A model generated the notes under the pieces. It was not told the DNA's origin, did not search any database, and worked only from the letters and a program-made list of their open reading frames with translations. A stretch of DNA of 64,000 nt from Candidatus Aenigmatarchaeota archaeon (GTDB lineage Archaea > Aenigmatarchaeota > Aenigmatarchaeia > GW2011-AR5). Positions 63,199 to 64,000 of the stretch are shown piece after piece (position 1 is the stretch's first letter; each line of letters begins with the position of its first letter). The stretch covers positions 39,312 through 103,311 of the forward strand of contig JACPAG010000003.1 in assembly GCA_016180945.1 (NCBI GenBank). The letters run 5' to 3'. Made by a program: the position numbers and the translations under genes.

Positions 63199-64000
63199 AT
63201 GGCTGTTTTATCCAGTGAAGCCATAAATAGTGGCGAGGTTGCAAAATTAACTGAATACGGCGCCATTTTTCTAACCCCTCCAGAGCATGAGGGATGGTAC
63301 TTGACTGTTATCATAGCCAGTGAACTCACTGGCTATGCTACAAGTACGCTGCGCAAATTAGCTAGAAGAGGGACTCTAAGGGCAGCAAGCGTAAATGGAA
63401 GACGCTATTTTCTTGCAAAAGATGTGGATAAACTGAAAGTACCAGAGGGCTATTTGCCTGTAGGAGCAGCTGCTGCACGTGCAGGCTATTCTGAAGATTA
63501 TGTGAGACGCTTGGCAGGACGAGAAACGATTAGAAGAACGTATTTTAAACGCGGGCTGTATGTTTCTGTAGCTGATTTATCAAGATATGAAGAGGTTCCG
63601 AAAGGTTTTATAGCCAGAAAAAATGCCGCTGCAAAGTACGGGTTTACCGTCAGGCATCTGAAGAAATTGGCGTCGTCTGGCAAGATAAGAGTCATCAGAA
63701 CGAGAACAGGTCGTTATTTATCCGAAGATGACCTGAGAAGGCGGACAGAAGTTCCAGAAGGCTTTATAAGTTACGAAGATGGCGCTCGTAAATACGGCTA
63801 TAACAAAGGGTATCTGGGGCTCTTAGCAAAACAAAGAGGATTTGAAAGAAAAAGAGTCGGCAAAAGGGGTTTTGTGAAAGAAACCGATATCGAAAGATAC
63901 GTCGCTAGTTTAGGAAGGCAAGCCCCCGCTATGGATGGGACGGCTCCAGTTGCAGAAGAGCCTGATGCAAGCGCACCATTGTTGCTTACAGAATTATTCA
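63199..64000 (+). CDS. Protein with four tandem Xis/HTH_17-like winged-helix repeats (partial, not in ORF track)
   Basis: Open from ATG 63199 to the window end; four ~50-aa repeats, three starting VP[EK]G[YF]. Confidence 0.75.
   Translation, partial: MAVLSSEAINSGEVAKLTEYGAIFLTPPEHEGWYLTVIIASELTGYATSTLRKLARRGTLRAASVNGRRYFLAKDVDKLKVPEGYLPVGAAAARAGYSEDYVRRLAGRETIRRTYFKRGLYVSVADLSRYEEVPKGFIARKNAAAKYGFTVRHLKKLASSGKIRVIRTRTGRYLSEDDLRRRTEVPEGFISYEDGARKYGYNKGYLGLLAKQRGFERKRVGKRGFVKETDIERYVASLGRQAPAMDGTAPVAEEPDASAPLLLTELF

Noticed and set aside
61258..64000. Integrated provirus or defence island at the right end
   Set aside because: Only vapBC and an HTH-repeat gene, interleaved with host-like pilin and rhomboid genes; no integrase, capsid or att site is visible.

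Overview
Archaeal chromosome segment, most likely DPANN (Aenigmarchaeota-like; inferred from the fused PriS-PriL primase, compact informational genes and shuffled ribosomal operons). It holds translation, transcription and replication housekeeping genes (rps9, rpoN, rfcL, aIF2b/a, RNase P Pop5/Rpp30, rpl15e, rpoF, rpl21e, rps15, priSL, gins, rpl44e, cbf5, rpl10e, rps2, rpoK, nop10, rps27e, rpl7ae, rps28e, rpl24e, aIF5A). It also has an smc-scpA-scpB operon with an unusually short Smc headed by an RHH gene, archaeal lipid genes (GGR, G1PDH, GGGPS, UppS) and a ~15 kb folate-dependent de novo purine cluster that includes a PurO-AICAR transformylase fusion. Other features are an intron-containing tRNA-Ser(GGA), K+/Na+ transporters, a vapBC pair, pilin, prepilin peptidase and archaeosortase genes, and a protein with four Xis-like HTH domains running off the right edge. 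The most striking signal is non-coding: many intergenic spaces contain small palindromic elements from a few families that conserve structure (compensatory changes, tandem G.A/G.G mismatches, GNA loops) more than sequence. One family sits on the ribosome-binding sites of about 13 genes. Another is bounded by TATAG...CTATA and grows by nested insertion. Others interrupt small genes or mark an apparent 27 kb inversion. No transposase is present in the window. All assignments come from motif recognition by eye; no database search or folding program was run.
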